A stretch of DNA of 64,000 nucleotides from Eledone cirrhosa (lineage: Eukaryota), in assembly GCA_964016885.1 (NCBI GenBank), contig OZ024740.1, positions 122,078,001 through 122,142,000 of the forward strand. The letters run 5' to 3'. Of the stretch, positions 26,765 through 40,000 are shown one piece after another; the first letter of the stretch is position 1, and each line of letters begins with the position of its first letter. Under the pieces are notes generated by a model. The model worked only from the letters and a program-made list of their open reading frames with translations. It did not search any database and was not told the origin of the DNA. A program made the position numbers and the translations under genes.

Positions 26765-27015
26765 CTTATTGTTGTATTGTTTACCAAAGGCCCGGTTTCA
26801 TCATCGGATAATGATTAAACACATAGATACCTAGGTGATTTCATAAGATGTGGATTGTAAGCTTAGTTATGCAAGAGAAGGGAAATATGGCGAACACAAA
26901 CACAGAATACAGGATATTTTATGTTCGGTAATGGCACACAGATTCTGTGTCATTGTAACGGCAAACAATCCCTAAATTCCATTTCAGTCTTTCCTTGTTT
27001 TTAAAAGAGTATATA

Positions 27016-27073
<58 letters not shown>

Positions 27074-27099
27074 TTGTTAGGGCAACACATATAATATAT

Positions 27100-27936
27100 A
27101 TATTGGACTGGATATGTTTGATGTCGTGTCCTGCATGGGTGGACATTCATCCTCCAAGGAAGCTGAGTCCAGTGCCCTTTGCATGAGAAAGGAGTTCCAC
27201 TAAATCAATATCTGGGGAACCGTGTCTATGGGTGACGGAATACAGGAGGCTGAATTGTGTGCAGGTATTGCAGGAGCTGGTGCAGCAATGTAGCAGCTTC
27301 AGCATTCATTAGTCAGAAATAATGAGGTAGGTGTAAAAGTCAAACTTAGTATCTTCAATTCGTTATTAATGTCAACCCCTATCGTTTGTCATGAATCTTG
27401 GATAATGACCGAAATAATACAATCGCGAATACAAGCAGCGGAAATGGTGTGCCTCCGATTGGTTTTTATAGTAAGATTACTCAAAACAATGCGTAAATTG
27501 GAGATCAGTGAGTCACTACAGGTCGAGCCACTACTTCTCTAAATTCAAACATCACAGCTCCGATACAATGTGCATATGATTAGAATGTCTCAGGAAAGAA
27601 TCTATGGATTGAGTTTTCGGGCAAAAGCAACCGGCAGGAGACCCATGTGGAGACCCCAAGCAAGATGGTTGAATAACACCGATGAGCTTGGCTGGATCGA
27701 TTTGGGACACAGCGTGATCAGATAGAGAAGGTTGTTTCTGACAGGACATGTTGGAAGGAGTGTTTGAGGACTCTGCCTCCACGACCCTCTTAGGAGGAAG
27801 AAGAAGAAGAAGGAGAAGAAGAAGAAGAAGAAGAAGAAGAAGAAGAAGAAGAAGAAGAAGAAGAAGAAGAAGAAGAAGAAGAAGAAGAAGAAGAAGAAGA
27901 AGAAGAAGAAGAAGAAGAAGAAGAAGAAGAAGAAGA
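27100..27936 (+). mobile_element. RTE-type LINE 3' fragment ending in long (GAA)n
   Basis: SRIQAAEMVCLR and related C-terminal motifs; homologous to 41200-41545 and 56300-56580. (GAA)n at ~27797-27936. Confidence 0.7.
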
Positions 27937-28939
27937 TAACGACGACAATATATACTATTTTCATATTTGTGATCCAAATATATTCATATTTATTCATGCA
28001 TTATTAATACTGGTTTCATCTATCATTCACAAATATAGACATATACCTCTTCTACTTAATTGTAAATAAGGACATTAGTTGGGAAAAGTATGTACATAAT
28101 GATAGTTGTGCATTCACTTTCACTGAAGCTGAAAAGGAAGCATAGAGTTGCTACAATGGGAGGTCTACAATTAACAACTTACAAGGCATCATAGTATTTT
28201 AAAAGTACGATGCTTTATGTTATGTCCCGATCATAATTAGTTACATGAAAGAACAGCCGAACTCCCACTATCATCGCCTCCATCTCTCTTGTCCTCTCCT
28301 CTCACCGTATGGTGAATAAATGGGGTCCCACGTGTTAGTGTCATATCTTTTCACGCTCTCCAATTACAAGCTCGTTGGATGATGACGTTTTAGGAAATAT
28401 AACTGGTCTTTATCCGATATACTCCAAAGTAATTTCTGACTAGACATATCAGAGTACAATATTTGTTTTGTAAATTATTAGAAAATATTAAATTAAATTT
28501 GCTTTAAATCTAATTAACAGTCCATTTTTATTATTTAATATGAATGTCTTTAGAAAAGTAATTCATCTCACATTAAATGAATTATACGAGTAACCAATAT
28601 TATTAAATTGAATATTCAACAGTGTTCCTGTATGTGAATACAATTTGACTCTTGAGGTTTTACTTTTAAGTTTAAATAATTTAACATTATTAAAATATTG
28701 ATATACAACAGAATTAACAATATATTTTGAATGATGCTTGCATTGACCGTGTTCTATATACATACATATGTATGTATGTAAATATATATATATATGTGTA
28801 TATGTCGAAAGTGATAGATAGATAGATAGAGGGAAGGGGGAGAAAGATATAATGTTCCTTCCAAAATATTGCTCCCACACCTACAATTCTCAAATATCTG
28901 AAGTGTCAGCAATTGTTTCATATTTTTGTCAACTTTTAA

Positions 28940-29490
28940 TTGAATTTATGATGTGTAAACCAATGTGGAGAGAGAGGTGTGCGAAAGTATAATCCTGACA
29001 TTTCCAAAAGGATATCCTTGAAGTGGTCTATATTCTCTAGAAATTGAAACAAAATGTGTTTATGTTTGATTCCATGCGATTTATATACATTTAGACACAT
29101 AACACAGGTAATCGTAGGTCTGGAATATTAACGGCGTTTCACTGAAAGAAATGTAGATGGTTTTCAGGGATGTAGTAGACGGAAAAGAGCCATTTATCGT
29201 GCTACGTTGTATTTGATTTAGGAATGAATATTGGCTCCTATCACATTTAGAAGTTAGTAACAGTCAGAAAAGAATTAAAAGCAAACGACCAGCAGTTTAT
29301 CATTGACCAAGTACGAATGAGAAGTGACTTTTGGATCGAAGCAACATCAATCTAGAAATCTAGATTGTAAGAGAAAATAGTATTGGTGGTTTTATCACGG
29401 TGCAACTTGAACAGGGACATGTAGAAATACATGTCACAGGAAATTTGATCGATCCTTAAATGTTAACAATTGTTTAGTGATGCTGGAAAC
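28940..29490 (+). pseudogene. Degenerate EGF and consecutive YWTD blades (LRP family)
   Basis: TAFH*KKCRW / KRAIYRATL / FIIDQVRMRSDFWIEAT / SRCNLN / EIHVTGNLIDP*MLTIV, in propeller order across frameshifts. Confidence 0.6.
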
Positions 29491-29989
29491 GTATTTGTGC
29501 CCTCTTGGCTAATGTTTTCGATTCAATAATTGTCATGGACAAATAATTCGAAACCAATTTAGAATGATTTCGATGTGAAAGCTTCTAATCAGATTTATGA
29601 CTTAGCGAATAGATTTATTTTCATATGATCTCATAATATATATAAACAAATAAAAGCAGTAGTTGTGAATATACGCAATATTATTTCTAACTATATTAAA
29701 CTTAGTGTATCCTTTGACCGAAAGAATCTTTTAACCGGACTCTCCTCTGACAGGCTCGTACCAAGGCAAAAAATAATATTTACAAGACAAAATAAATAAT
29801 TATCTACTCGCCTACATTTTTACAAGACCTCCATTCATCGTTTGTATTGGTGATTGGTAAATGGGGGTGAAGAAATTAGTATTGTAATCTATGTGTTTCC
29901 ACGTTTTATGAAAAGAACATTTCAAAACAAGGTTCGAATGCAGTAATATTTCATTTCATAATATAAAGGTTTCTTATATAAATTTCGAT

Positions 29990-31120
29990 ATATTTTCTAT
30001 TAGTTTGCTGATTTGTAATCCGTTGAACTTTTAATATCATGAGAGACAACACTGAAGACATGTTCTCACTATATCTCCGGTCACATGAGTTGATCACAGT
30101 TGTATATGATGAAATAATATCAAACTTGTCATTTGTATTTTATTGTAAAGTTTCTTGTCATTTAAAAGTATTGTAGCACTGTAAAATAACGTATTTTGCT
30201 TCGTCATAGAAGTAATGTGAGCCGTTATTTCAGTAAACGATGTCGTATGGTCTATTCTGAGGATAACTTTAACTTATCAATGGCTCTACCAGGAGGAGTA
30301 GTCAATTCTCCTTCAAACCGCTTCATACCGTTTTAGAAAGAGGATATAGTGAGTATAGTTGACCAGAAAACTCTATGCCTAGAATATCTTGGGGTAATTG
30401 TGAGTGGAATGCATTATGTCATAGATCAGCTCTATCTCTTCTAGCTGGAATGATCTGCATAATTACTCTAGCCAAGTCCAGATAAAATTACACAAACAAC
30501 CCTATACTTTCGTTCAATCAATAATGTTCTAATTCTTATTACTATTAACGTTCATTGAAAACCACGTGGTAAATTTACAGAATTAGGTGCAGTATATATA
30601 TATATACATACAGATAGCTATAAAAACCTAAATTATAGTGTTATCTTCTTGGTTACATAAAAATGTCCTTCAACGAGAATTATGCACAATAAAATATACA
30701 ATAAATCTATTAAATGTCCATAATATATTCAGAAAGAATCAATTGGTTGATCAGATTTGAAACATATTTTATCACTTAAGATTTATAGAACACCTATTGT
30801 CAAATCTGCCTGTAACTAGGATTATTACCGATATTTACTGATATATAAACACCAAAGAATATATATATAAATACGGACAAAGAAAATGCCTGAAGGCCTA
30901 CAGGAGTGAAATAATTAAAACAATTCAAAACATTTATTATAGATTATGGTAAATTAATGTTCACCGCTAGGAAGGTTTTACGTTTTGCATCCCGATCTAT
31001 TATCATCTTTGCATCTGGTGTCTTCTTTAGGGTTCCACCCGTTGCATGGATTCGTGCTGAGTACACCATTTTGAAAATGGTATCATCCCAATATATCATA
31101 GGTCCTGATAAGTATATCTA
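29990..31120 (-). pseudogene. Degenerate YWTD/EGF fragments (LRP family)
   Basis: 31117-30949 YLSGPMIYWDDTIFKMVYSARIHATGG...IIDRDAKRKTFLAVN; 30262-30175 PQNRPYDIVY*NNGSHYFYDEAKYVILQC; then KFDII...NSCDRR...CLQCCL. Confidence 0.65.
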
Positions 31121-32368
31121 CCTCAAGCAACATACTCCTGACTAGCTTAATATATTAACTAAGAAAACTACCAAAATATTGTTGTTAGCATATTACAGCG
31201 GTTAATATGTCAGCACATTACTTGGATTACGGAAAAAATAAATCAGATTAGTGTTGAACAATATACAATAACATTCACAGTTTACGATATTCCAACTACA
31301 GTACACTAAATTATTAATATATAATATATTATTAAATTCATCACTGGCTACCATATTTAAATAACCAAGACAAAACTACCGAAAAATATGACAACATATA
31401 TATTTAGATGCTGAGGAGATAACATTTATGTAAATCTATGAAATTAAGTTAGACATCGCAACAAAATTTAATTCCTTTTTAACTGTTCTCGAGTCGTAAC
31501 ATGAAATTACATTTGTGTCGATAAGTATAAACTTACTACTGCTGCTTCTGTGGTTGAGGATGATGACGACGAAGATGAAGATGATTGTGATGATGATAAA
31601 TATAAACAACATTTTAAAAATATCTTCAGCCGAAAGATATCTTAATATTTGCACTGTTATTATTTCCTTTAATCTTCAAATATCGGCAGCTTTATCAAAC
31701 TGAAACGAAACACGCAGTAAACAAGTAATGCAAATACACTGGAGATCGGTGTTTTATTATGATCATCATGTTTGCTATTATTATATATATTATTGTTATA
31801 GTTGTTGTATTTTATGTAAATTCTAGAATAATTTGATACTTCTGCATTTAAAATTATTTCACATATAGATAAAACTGGATGGAATTTCCCCTGATATCAG
31901 GCGACATTGTCGAAAACAGGCAGTTCTTATCGTATATTTTATTGACTTGAGACTTTCTGTTGAAATTGTAGTCTTATCATATTACTAACGAACATGTTCC
32001 GTATTGTGTCTCTACAGAAACATGCTGTTGATTCTTTATCAATATTTATCACCTTTGCCATAATACTTTCCCTCTTCCTCCTAATACTTCAACACGTCTT
32101 ACTAACCACTTTTGCATCTCACACAGTTCTTCTATCTCTTGTTGCCCAACATCCTTCATAATCAGTCACCTCGCTCACACTCTGTACGCATTGTAGTCCA
32201 AGTAATTTGATTGTATCTTACCCAGCCACATATACGGAAAATATACAGAATTGCATCCCTCTGCATACATTTGTGGACATGTATAACTAAATGACTGTAT
32301 ATGATTAGATACGTATACACAAAAACACATATTATATAATTATATATACATATAATATATATATACAT

Positions 32369-32405
<37 letters not shown>

Positions 32406-32486
32406 GTGTGTATGTGTGTGTTTATATGTATGTGAGTGTATATATATATATATATGTTTATACGTATGTATATATCCTAATACTAT

Positions 32487-32570
<84 letters not shown>

Positions 32571-32779
32571 TGTGTGTATGTGTACAAATCGCTGAATTGT
32601 ATGCATTTCGTATATATGCATTTGTCGATATACGCGTGTGTTCATTATGTGAGTTGCTCTGAAACTGACTAAGTAATGTATAAAATGGCATACTACAACC
32701 TACACTTAAATACAATTGTGGCATTAATTTCTTCCAGCTAGAATCTATAGTTATGTTTGTCTAGTGCTTGTTCGATAAT

Positions 32780-33010
32780 TACAGATAGAAAATAATGTGT
32801 TTGAAATGTTTTGGCTCTGGATGTAATCAAAGAATTTACTACATGGACACTTTATTATTTGCTTCGCCTCTCAATACGTGATTTCATGTTATCCAATTCT
32901 CTTCAACTCACATCAAGCCGACCTTCTCATCTTTCATGTCACCCCTCTCAACCACTTCTGTTCTTATACACATCTATAGCTGTCTATTTAGAGAAGGGAA
33001 TATGATGATA
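32780..33010 (+). pseudogene. Degenerate YWTD fragments
   Basis: 32811-32850 LALDVI-(fs)-RIYYMDT; ~32970 TSIAVY. Confidence 0.55.
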
Positions 33011-33419
33011 AAAGTTCTAATGCATTAGATTTAACCCGTTTTCACATAAATTTCATTTTAATTAACCTTTAAGCTAAAGTAAAAATAATTCTAAACGGAA
33101 GGTAAAACAGAATAGAATAGAGGTTTATTTACTTCCGTATACTCTTCCTTATTTAGCTACTGAGAATTACAGAAAGCTGGAAAGGTTAAATTCAGAAAAG
33201 CCTTTTAGCAGTTTCGAATTTCCTTATTTACCAGATTTATCAAGTAAATCAACTTTGATATATTTCAACATTCAGTTTGCAGGTTCGAATACTGTGTTTA
33301 CAATTTTAGCATTAATTTCCATGTAGGAAAACTGGAAAGTAAACGGCCCCTGGATCATAGATCATTTAAAAAACCATCAATTTTATCAATCTTTTTTTCT
33401 AATTACATACATTTCGCTT

Positions 33420-34620
33420 GTGCATCTAATGTTCATATTGGGGCCACCGACAGTAATTCACTTGATCACTTACCATATATATACATATACATATATATAT
33501 ATATGTGTGTGTATGTGTGTTTGTGTGGGTGTGGGTGCGGGTGCGCGCACGTGTGTGTGCGTGTATGTATCTGTGTGTGTGCGCGTATAGGTGTGTGTGT
33601 GTGTGTATGTGTGTGTATTATATTGCCGGACGTGTTCATGAGTTCTCATTACCTAAGTAGAGTTTAGTTATTCTTTATTATGGCTAAGTGGTGAGTCATT
33701 TTCCATTGGAATCTCACCATTTGACATAATAAAGAATGTATATAAATAACAATTGTTATATATAGAAACATTTCCGTGACTAATAGAATTAAAGTAATAT
33801 GGCGTTTAGGAATTAGGGAAATAACTATACTTGACATTTCGGAATAAGTCCTTCTTCGGAGACATATAATAAGAATAAAGGCAATAAGTGGAAGAATGTG
33901 GGGTTTGTATGCTAATGCGTGCTCCCGAGTAGGGGACATCCATAACTGGTGTTAAATGACATGAAACGTCACATGTGTGTATTAACGTGTATACGCGGGC
34001 GTCCGCTAGTGAGATAAGGGTTCACTGTGTGCGTGTATGTAAGAAAGTTTAAGGTGTGTGTGTGTTATTGTTTGCTGAACCGGCATGTGTGCGTGTGTAT
34101 ACTGACTTTTGTAATTGATTAGTGCTGTTTTTTTCTTAAATGGAATGTGAATGTGGAAGTGTTGACGCGTGTTGTGGGGGCGGCTGTGTTATTGTGTGTC
34201 GTATGTGCACCGATGAGTTTGTACGTGAGTGTGTGTGTGTGTGTATGTGTGTTAGAAACTAACATCAATTCATCGTAGGTACTAAAGTCCCTAATTCTCT
34301 TTGTAAAAATGCAAATAAATATTAAAAGCATTTTGTTATTCTGTTTCTACACATAAAATATAACATCGTATATGTTCCAAAATACGCATGATTATTAAAA
34401 TCATGTTTATTCCGTTTATATACAGATAAACATAAACCATTCGATATACATGTTCCGCGGCTATTTAGCCGTTCATTAACATACCTCGATTCTGTTTAGA
34501 AAGAGATTGATAGAATGTTTGTCACATTTTTATTTCACTTTCACTATTGTAGTTATACCTACATAAATACTCTAACACGTTCCTGATCCGGCATATTCAT
34601 CGAAATATTTTGCTTGAAAT
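33420..34620 (-). mobile_element. Old Penelope-like 3' end and pseudo-LTR relic
   Basis: Minus RELGTLVPTMN* resembles the PLE C-terminus (LxTLxPxGLN). 33437-33460 resembles 8777-8806 of the intact element. Confidence 0.35.
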
Positions 34621-35510
34621 TCAAAGATATACGTTTATAAATTGAAATAATTCGAAAATTAATATTGACTAATTTTGATCAAATAAAATATTGTAATTTA
34701 AAAGAAAAAGAACATATTTTATAATATAAACATTCTTCAGTTACAAATTATCTGTAGATAGACATATAACGAATCTTAATCTCACCAGTCACCGACGGTT
34801 TATATGTGTGTGTGTCTGGATGTCTGGTTTTCTGTCTACCTGTGTACATAAAGTTTAGTGTCCAACACTAAAAAGAATATTGACATATACTAGCTGTGCT
34901 TAGAAAATGTTGCATAAGACTGTTTTCGTAATTTTACTGAGTAATGTATTTACCAAAATACTCCCCCACAAAAGCCCCCAAAGAAATCAGTTAAGCTGGA
35001 ACGTGTATCTCACGATAAAAAATTCATTTTTAACATACGTACCTTAAAAAGCTACAATATATAATGCATATGTTCCTCCACGTTATATAGTTGATCATAT
35101 TCAAATTACTGGATATATTCTCTAATCGTTCACTATTAGATCGGATAATTTTTATTTTATGTCTTAATGCCAATTTGTTGAAATGATAATTATATTCTAC
35201 CCCACTATCAGCATTTTGGCATATATCTCATCCATGTAGATATTTATTTAATATCTTTTTATTGATATGTCAGTCAGTTTCAGAATTAAGATTAAATTAA
35301 TCTCAATAGACAGAAAGATAGTTCACCAAGATACATATTGATATAAATGAGTCATCGTTTGCGCAGCTTAATAAACGTGCGTGAAAATTTTCAAAAGAAA
35401 ACGGCTTATGTCAGGAAGACATATGCATCATGAATTGCACATGTATATTCAAACACCTATAACCATGCCCACACATTAAATCACGGGGATGTACAAAGAT
35501 ATTTATATAT

Positions 35511-36051
35511 ATAAATGTAATCTGAGCTGTTCGAATATTAATAATAATGCTCGATTCGTTTGCAATTATGCAAATAAGCCTCATATTTAAAGCCTTATCT
35601 AGAGAATGAGCCCCTCATTCTTGCTCTTGTGTTGGCATGTAAAGAGAATTGCAGACATTAATGTTTCTGGGTATTACCCTTCATCAGTACAGGTTACTGT
35701 TCACCTGTCTACTGTCAGAGCTAGTGAAAATATATGATATGTTCTAAAATATACAGTGACTGATCGGCCTTATTTGCATATTAGCAGACTGGCTGATCAG
35801 TCAGAACTGCATATTAGCAGATCCACTGAACAGCAAGATTTGCATATCAGCAGACTGGCCAGTCAGTTTCCTGTATACGAGCGATTAATGGTCGGCTTTG
35901 CCATATTCAAATTGTCTGTTTACATGCCAACACAAGAGCAAGAATGAGGGGCTCATTCTACTGACATGGCTTTAAAAATGAGGCTTATTTGCATAATTGC
36001 AAACGAATCGAATATTATTATTAATATTCGAAAAACTAAGATTATATTTAT
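35511..36051. mobile_element. MITE-like element with ~140 bp terminal inverted repeats and internal ~33 bp tandem repeats
   Basis: 35511-35650 is the reverse complement of 35909-36051. There are three internal units containing TGCATAT(T/C)AGCAGA. Confidence 0.8.
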
Positions 36052-36119
36052 TGTGTTCAGCCATGTAGAGCTTGCATGTGGCTTTGCCATATTTAAATAT
36101 AAAAAAAACATGTTCGCTA

Positions 36120-37110
36120 CTTTCACAGATACTACTGATTCATTCCGTATCTATCACGCTTTCACCTGCACCGTCAGCGACGTGGTCTATGCCATCCGGC
36201 GTTCCCTCTGCAGATCCTTACTCATCGGAGAAACAGGACCCCACTTGGCGAACCGTTTTGCTGAAAATACTAACGGAAATACGACTAGGTATGAATAATC
36301 CCATCGCTTGTTATTTCCGTTACACAGGCCACTCTTTTTTTTTTACATATCTCAGTCCGGAACACAGGGCTCGCGCACCAGGACTGAACAAAGTCACATG
36401 TCCTGCCTTGGGTCCAGTTTTCCCAATAGATTCAACTCCCCTCCCTAGTTTCTTTAATCTTACACATATACGCTCGTGCTTACTTTCTACTGTCATCTGT
36501 ATCCCGTCCGCTGACTCATTCGCGAACGTGCATTAATCCCATAGGTTTTTCTGGGTCTCTTATTGTCAGAAACATACAATATCACAGTTTATTCGCACTA
36601 AACAAGTCGCTCATACACCTAAACATTTACCTACACAGCTCTGTACATACACGCACACACATACACACACTCAAACACACACACACACACTTATATATAC
36701 ATATATTTGCTCACAGCTTCGTGCGCACAAACACACACACACCCTCTTTTACTTACATATACATACTCACACGGACGTATAAAGAAATAAGACACAGACG
36801 CGGATACGTACAGCTCGATGTCGAAAAGGGAACATTTTCCCTTTCAGATCCACGTACCCCATCCCCAGCTTTTCAAAAGATCTATATCATACACAAAATA
36901 CCAGCATCAACTGTTTTCCAAGATATGGCAACATGAGTGGACCTGTTATTTTTCTCTAAAGTAATCTTTTCCGTCATGCCAGTCTCATCAATCATTCTAT
37001 TTCTTCTTTAATTTCCCAACCTGATGAAGGACTAGGGTCAAAACGTTCAGAATCATTTTGTTACTATATCAAGCGCAAATTGAATAATGTATTTCGTCAT
37101 TGTACTGTGT
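36120..37110 (+). mobile_element. Penelope-like GIY-YIG 3' fragment with pseudo-LTR
   Basis: FTCTVSDVVYAIRRSLCRSLLIGETGPHLANRFAE. Hammerhead-like CTGATGA-AG-GAC(tagg)GTC-AAAACG at ~37021-37046. Confidence 0.7.
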
Positions 37111-37358
37111 CATTTGCTTTAAAGGGAGCGATAGAGAGAGAGACCGAGAGAGAAACTCTCTGGCACTAGGACCGGGGAAATCACTAAATGTGTACGAACT
37201 CGATAAATGAGATGTAGAGTGCATATAACGATAAGTAAAATCCTGACCGCGGCGCTAAATATTTTCTGTTTGTGTTCATCAAGCATTTTCAAGGTCAATT
37301 AAAGACTTGCTGAACACAATAAGCCGGAACTAGTTGGCGACTTGGTCGACGTCCTCCA

Positions 37359-37435
<77 letters not shown>

Positions 37436-37557
37436 ATCTATCTATCTATCTATCTCTATCGCTCTCTCCCTCTCTCCCTCTCTTTCTCTCTCTCTCTCTT
37501 TCTCTCTCTCTCTCACTCTTTCTCTCTCTCTCACTCTCTCTCTCTCATTCTCTCTCT

Positions 37558-37638
<81 letters not shown>

Positions 37639-37769
37639 GGAGTGTAACGGGAGTTACTGTAGGTTCACCCAGGTGAGCACTGGATGTTTAGGTTTACGTC
37701 AGTAGCGAGGAGTAGAGCCAGACAAAGTGTAATATAATAATACAAGGACGATTTCTTAAGCCCTCACCA

Positions 37770-37960
37770 GGGCGGTGGTGGATTGGCAGTATCGGTAGAG
37801 GGTCGGACGCCATGCTTTCCAGCATAGTTACGTCCCTTTACGATCTGAGTTCAAATCCCGCCGAGGTTGACTTTGCCTTTCATCCTTACGGGGTCGATAA
37901 AATAAAGTACCAGTAATGCACTGGGTAATTGCTGGCCTTGTGCCTAAAGTAGAAACAATT
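37770..37960 (+). mobile_element. Full-length SINE (main family): tRNA head and conserved central domain
   Basis: Box A TGGCAGTATCGG, box B GTTCAAATCC, then GACTTTGCCTTTCATCCTTACGGGGTCGATAAAATAAAGTACCAG (resembles the Meta/Sauria-type SINE core, from memory). Confidence 0.88.
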
Positions 37961-37995
37961 ATGTTTCTTGATTGGTGACGCGCGTTTGGCTATTG

Positions 37996-38029
<34 letters not shown>

Positions 38030-39366
38030 TGTTTAAACAAAGTACCAGCATTCTTTTTATTGAATATTCTACGCTTAAAATTTGATGTAGGTGCTAATAG
38101 AATCTATTTGGAGCGAAATAATTAACGCAGGACAGAAAATAAGGAGAGATAAAGGTAAAAACCAAAGCAAAAGAATGTGAAAAGCGAAAGCTAATACTGC
38201 ATTTAGTGGATTATATATACTTTCAGTGTCAACGTGTCAAAGTTGAGGCCATATTCATAAACATCCTTTGTGTCGTCATCATCCACGATGCTCCACGATG
38301 GTTCATGTTGTTGCTTTGTAATTAATAGAGCTCCATCTGTAGTGAAATGTGTTCCGTCTTTTTATCATTTATATATTAACAGTGGTGTTACTGAGAGTTA
38401 ATGTAGTGAACATATTCACGTTACCTGACTACGTATAACAATTTTATATAGCATTAGGTTGCTGCTCATGTGGTGAACACCAGACATATATTCTGAATGC
38501 CGCTGCTACCCTTGTTGTGATGCACATATTGCATTGAGTATCCCTGCTATTTTCTATATATCAAATGGATTTGGTCTGATATATCTTTCTCCAGATGACA
38601 GTTAAAGGGACAGTGAACTTTTAAAGATGCGTCACTGTTTTAAGTGGATTATATAACTTCCATTTCAAATCAACTTTTCGTAAGCAAATTTAATAATCCT
38701 CGTATTTTATTCGTATAATGAATACTGAAATGTCATTTTCTGTTGACATTTAATATATTTTATATTCACACATTTAAATGGAAATACTCCAGATGTTCAT
38801 ATATTTGCTATACAGGCCGATATCTCACTTTATAAAAAGATGAGAAATACCTAAGTTTGATATGTGTGTACCTTTGCTTGCATGGTAAATAATATGATTA
38901 CTACACAGGTGAATGAAAACTATTTGTAATTAACAAGTATTTTGAATGAATGAAATATCATTAAATGAGCCACTAGAACTATTCACATCTTTCAAATAGA
39001 GCTATTTAATGAAATAATGTAGTTTACAGAAATACATTCTAATTTCGTTTGGTGGGGGATTACTAGAAGACGCCAGCAAGCTTGTTCAGAGAAGGGCAAA
39101 TTGGTACAGAAGAAGTAAACAGCAGAAATAAAAAGTGCACACCTTCTAGTCAACAACAACTAAACATCGATAACTTACAAAAATACAAATCTAAAAGTCT
39201 AACTAAACTTGAGTGTGTTTTCTAACTCTATAAATTTGCTATGCTTCAAATTATATAAATGTTATAGAATAAAGGAAGCCAAACATCACTATATTACCCA
39301 TACCCTAGTATTTGTTTAAGTTTCTTCTTACATTTATAAACTTCAGACAAATTTATGCATCTGTAA

Positions 39367-40000
39367 CCATGTAATCTGAACTTGAATTTCAGTTATGAAT
39401 CAAACAATCTCTGTATCGCACTAACACGTATCTGTGCATATGTTATGAATGCTTTTGCTAAGGTCTACTGTATCTGAATATATAATAGACTCTGATCTTA
39501 CATTAGCTTCTAATTTATCAACATTTATTGAGACTTCCACAAAATCCCCACAGCGGTGGAATATTTATCTCGAGGCACTTGCTGATTATATATGTAAAAT
39601 GAAATTGTGACTAACAGAAATAACATATTATATAAAGTTCTGCATCACATATCACAAAAGCATTATAACAATATAGTAATTTATAACAACGACATATTGT
39701 AAAAGCCGCTTGTGTTAAACAGACGTAATTAAAAATTCTACTTAAAAGGTGAACATGAGCATTTCCAGCGACTCTGATAAACGTTATTTACACTCATACG
39801 AATATATCGATGGAGCCACACATTATTACGGAAAAATATGAAGATGCATTGCATTCATCAATCTATGATACACTGGATTTGTAGGACCTCAGTGTCAAAA
39901 GGATAAACTATAATTCCATATTTTCACATTTACCGTAAACTTGATTATAAAATGAAAGAAACCGGACGATACAAGTGTATTATCATAAAAATAAATTGAC
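39367..40000 (+). pseudogene. Degenerate LDLa and EGF repeats (LRP family)
   Basis: 39367-39450 PCNLNLNFSYESNNLCIALTRICAYVMN (LDLa spacing); 39872-39907 TGFVGPQCQKDK (EGF GFxGPxC); ~39958 ETGRYKC. Confidence 0.65.

Noticed and set aside
27552-27997. Poly-Leu/Phe/Arg ORFs
   Set aside because: They are translations of the (GAA)n tail of an RTE fragment.
35757-35865. CRISPR-like or other spaced repeats
   Set aside because: Only three degenerate tandem units without unique spacers, inside a eukaryotic MITE, and no cas genes.
37140-37760. Possible LTR-retrotransposon PBS (TGGCGAC) and PPT/LTR start (GGGAG-TGTAAC)
   Set aside because: No paired LTRs or gag/pol sequence are visible.
37770-37865. 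tRNA gene (box A / box B)
   Set aside because: It is the head of a multi-copy SINE and does not form a cloverleaf.
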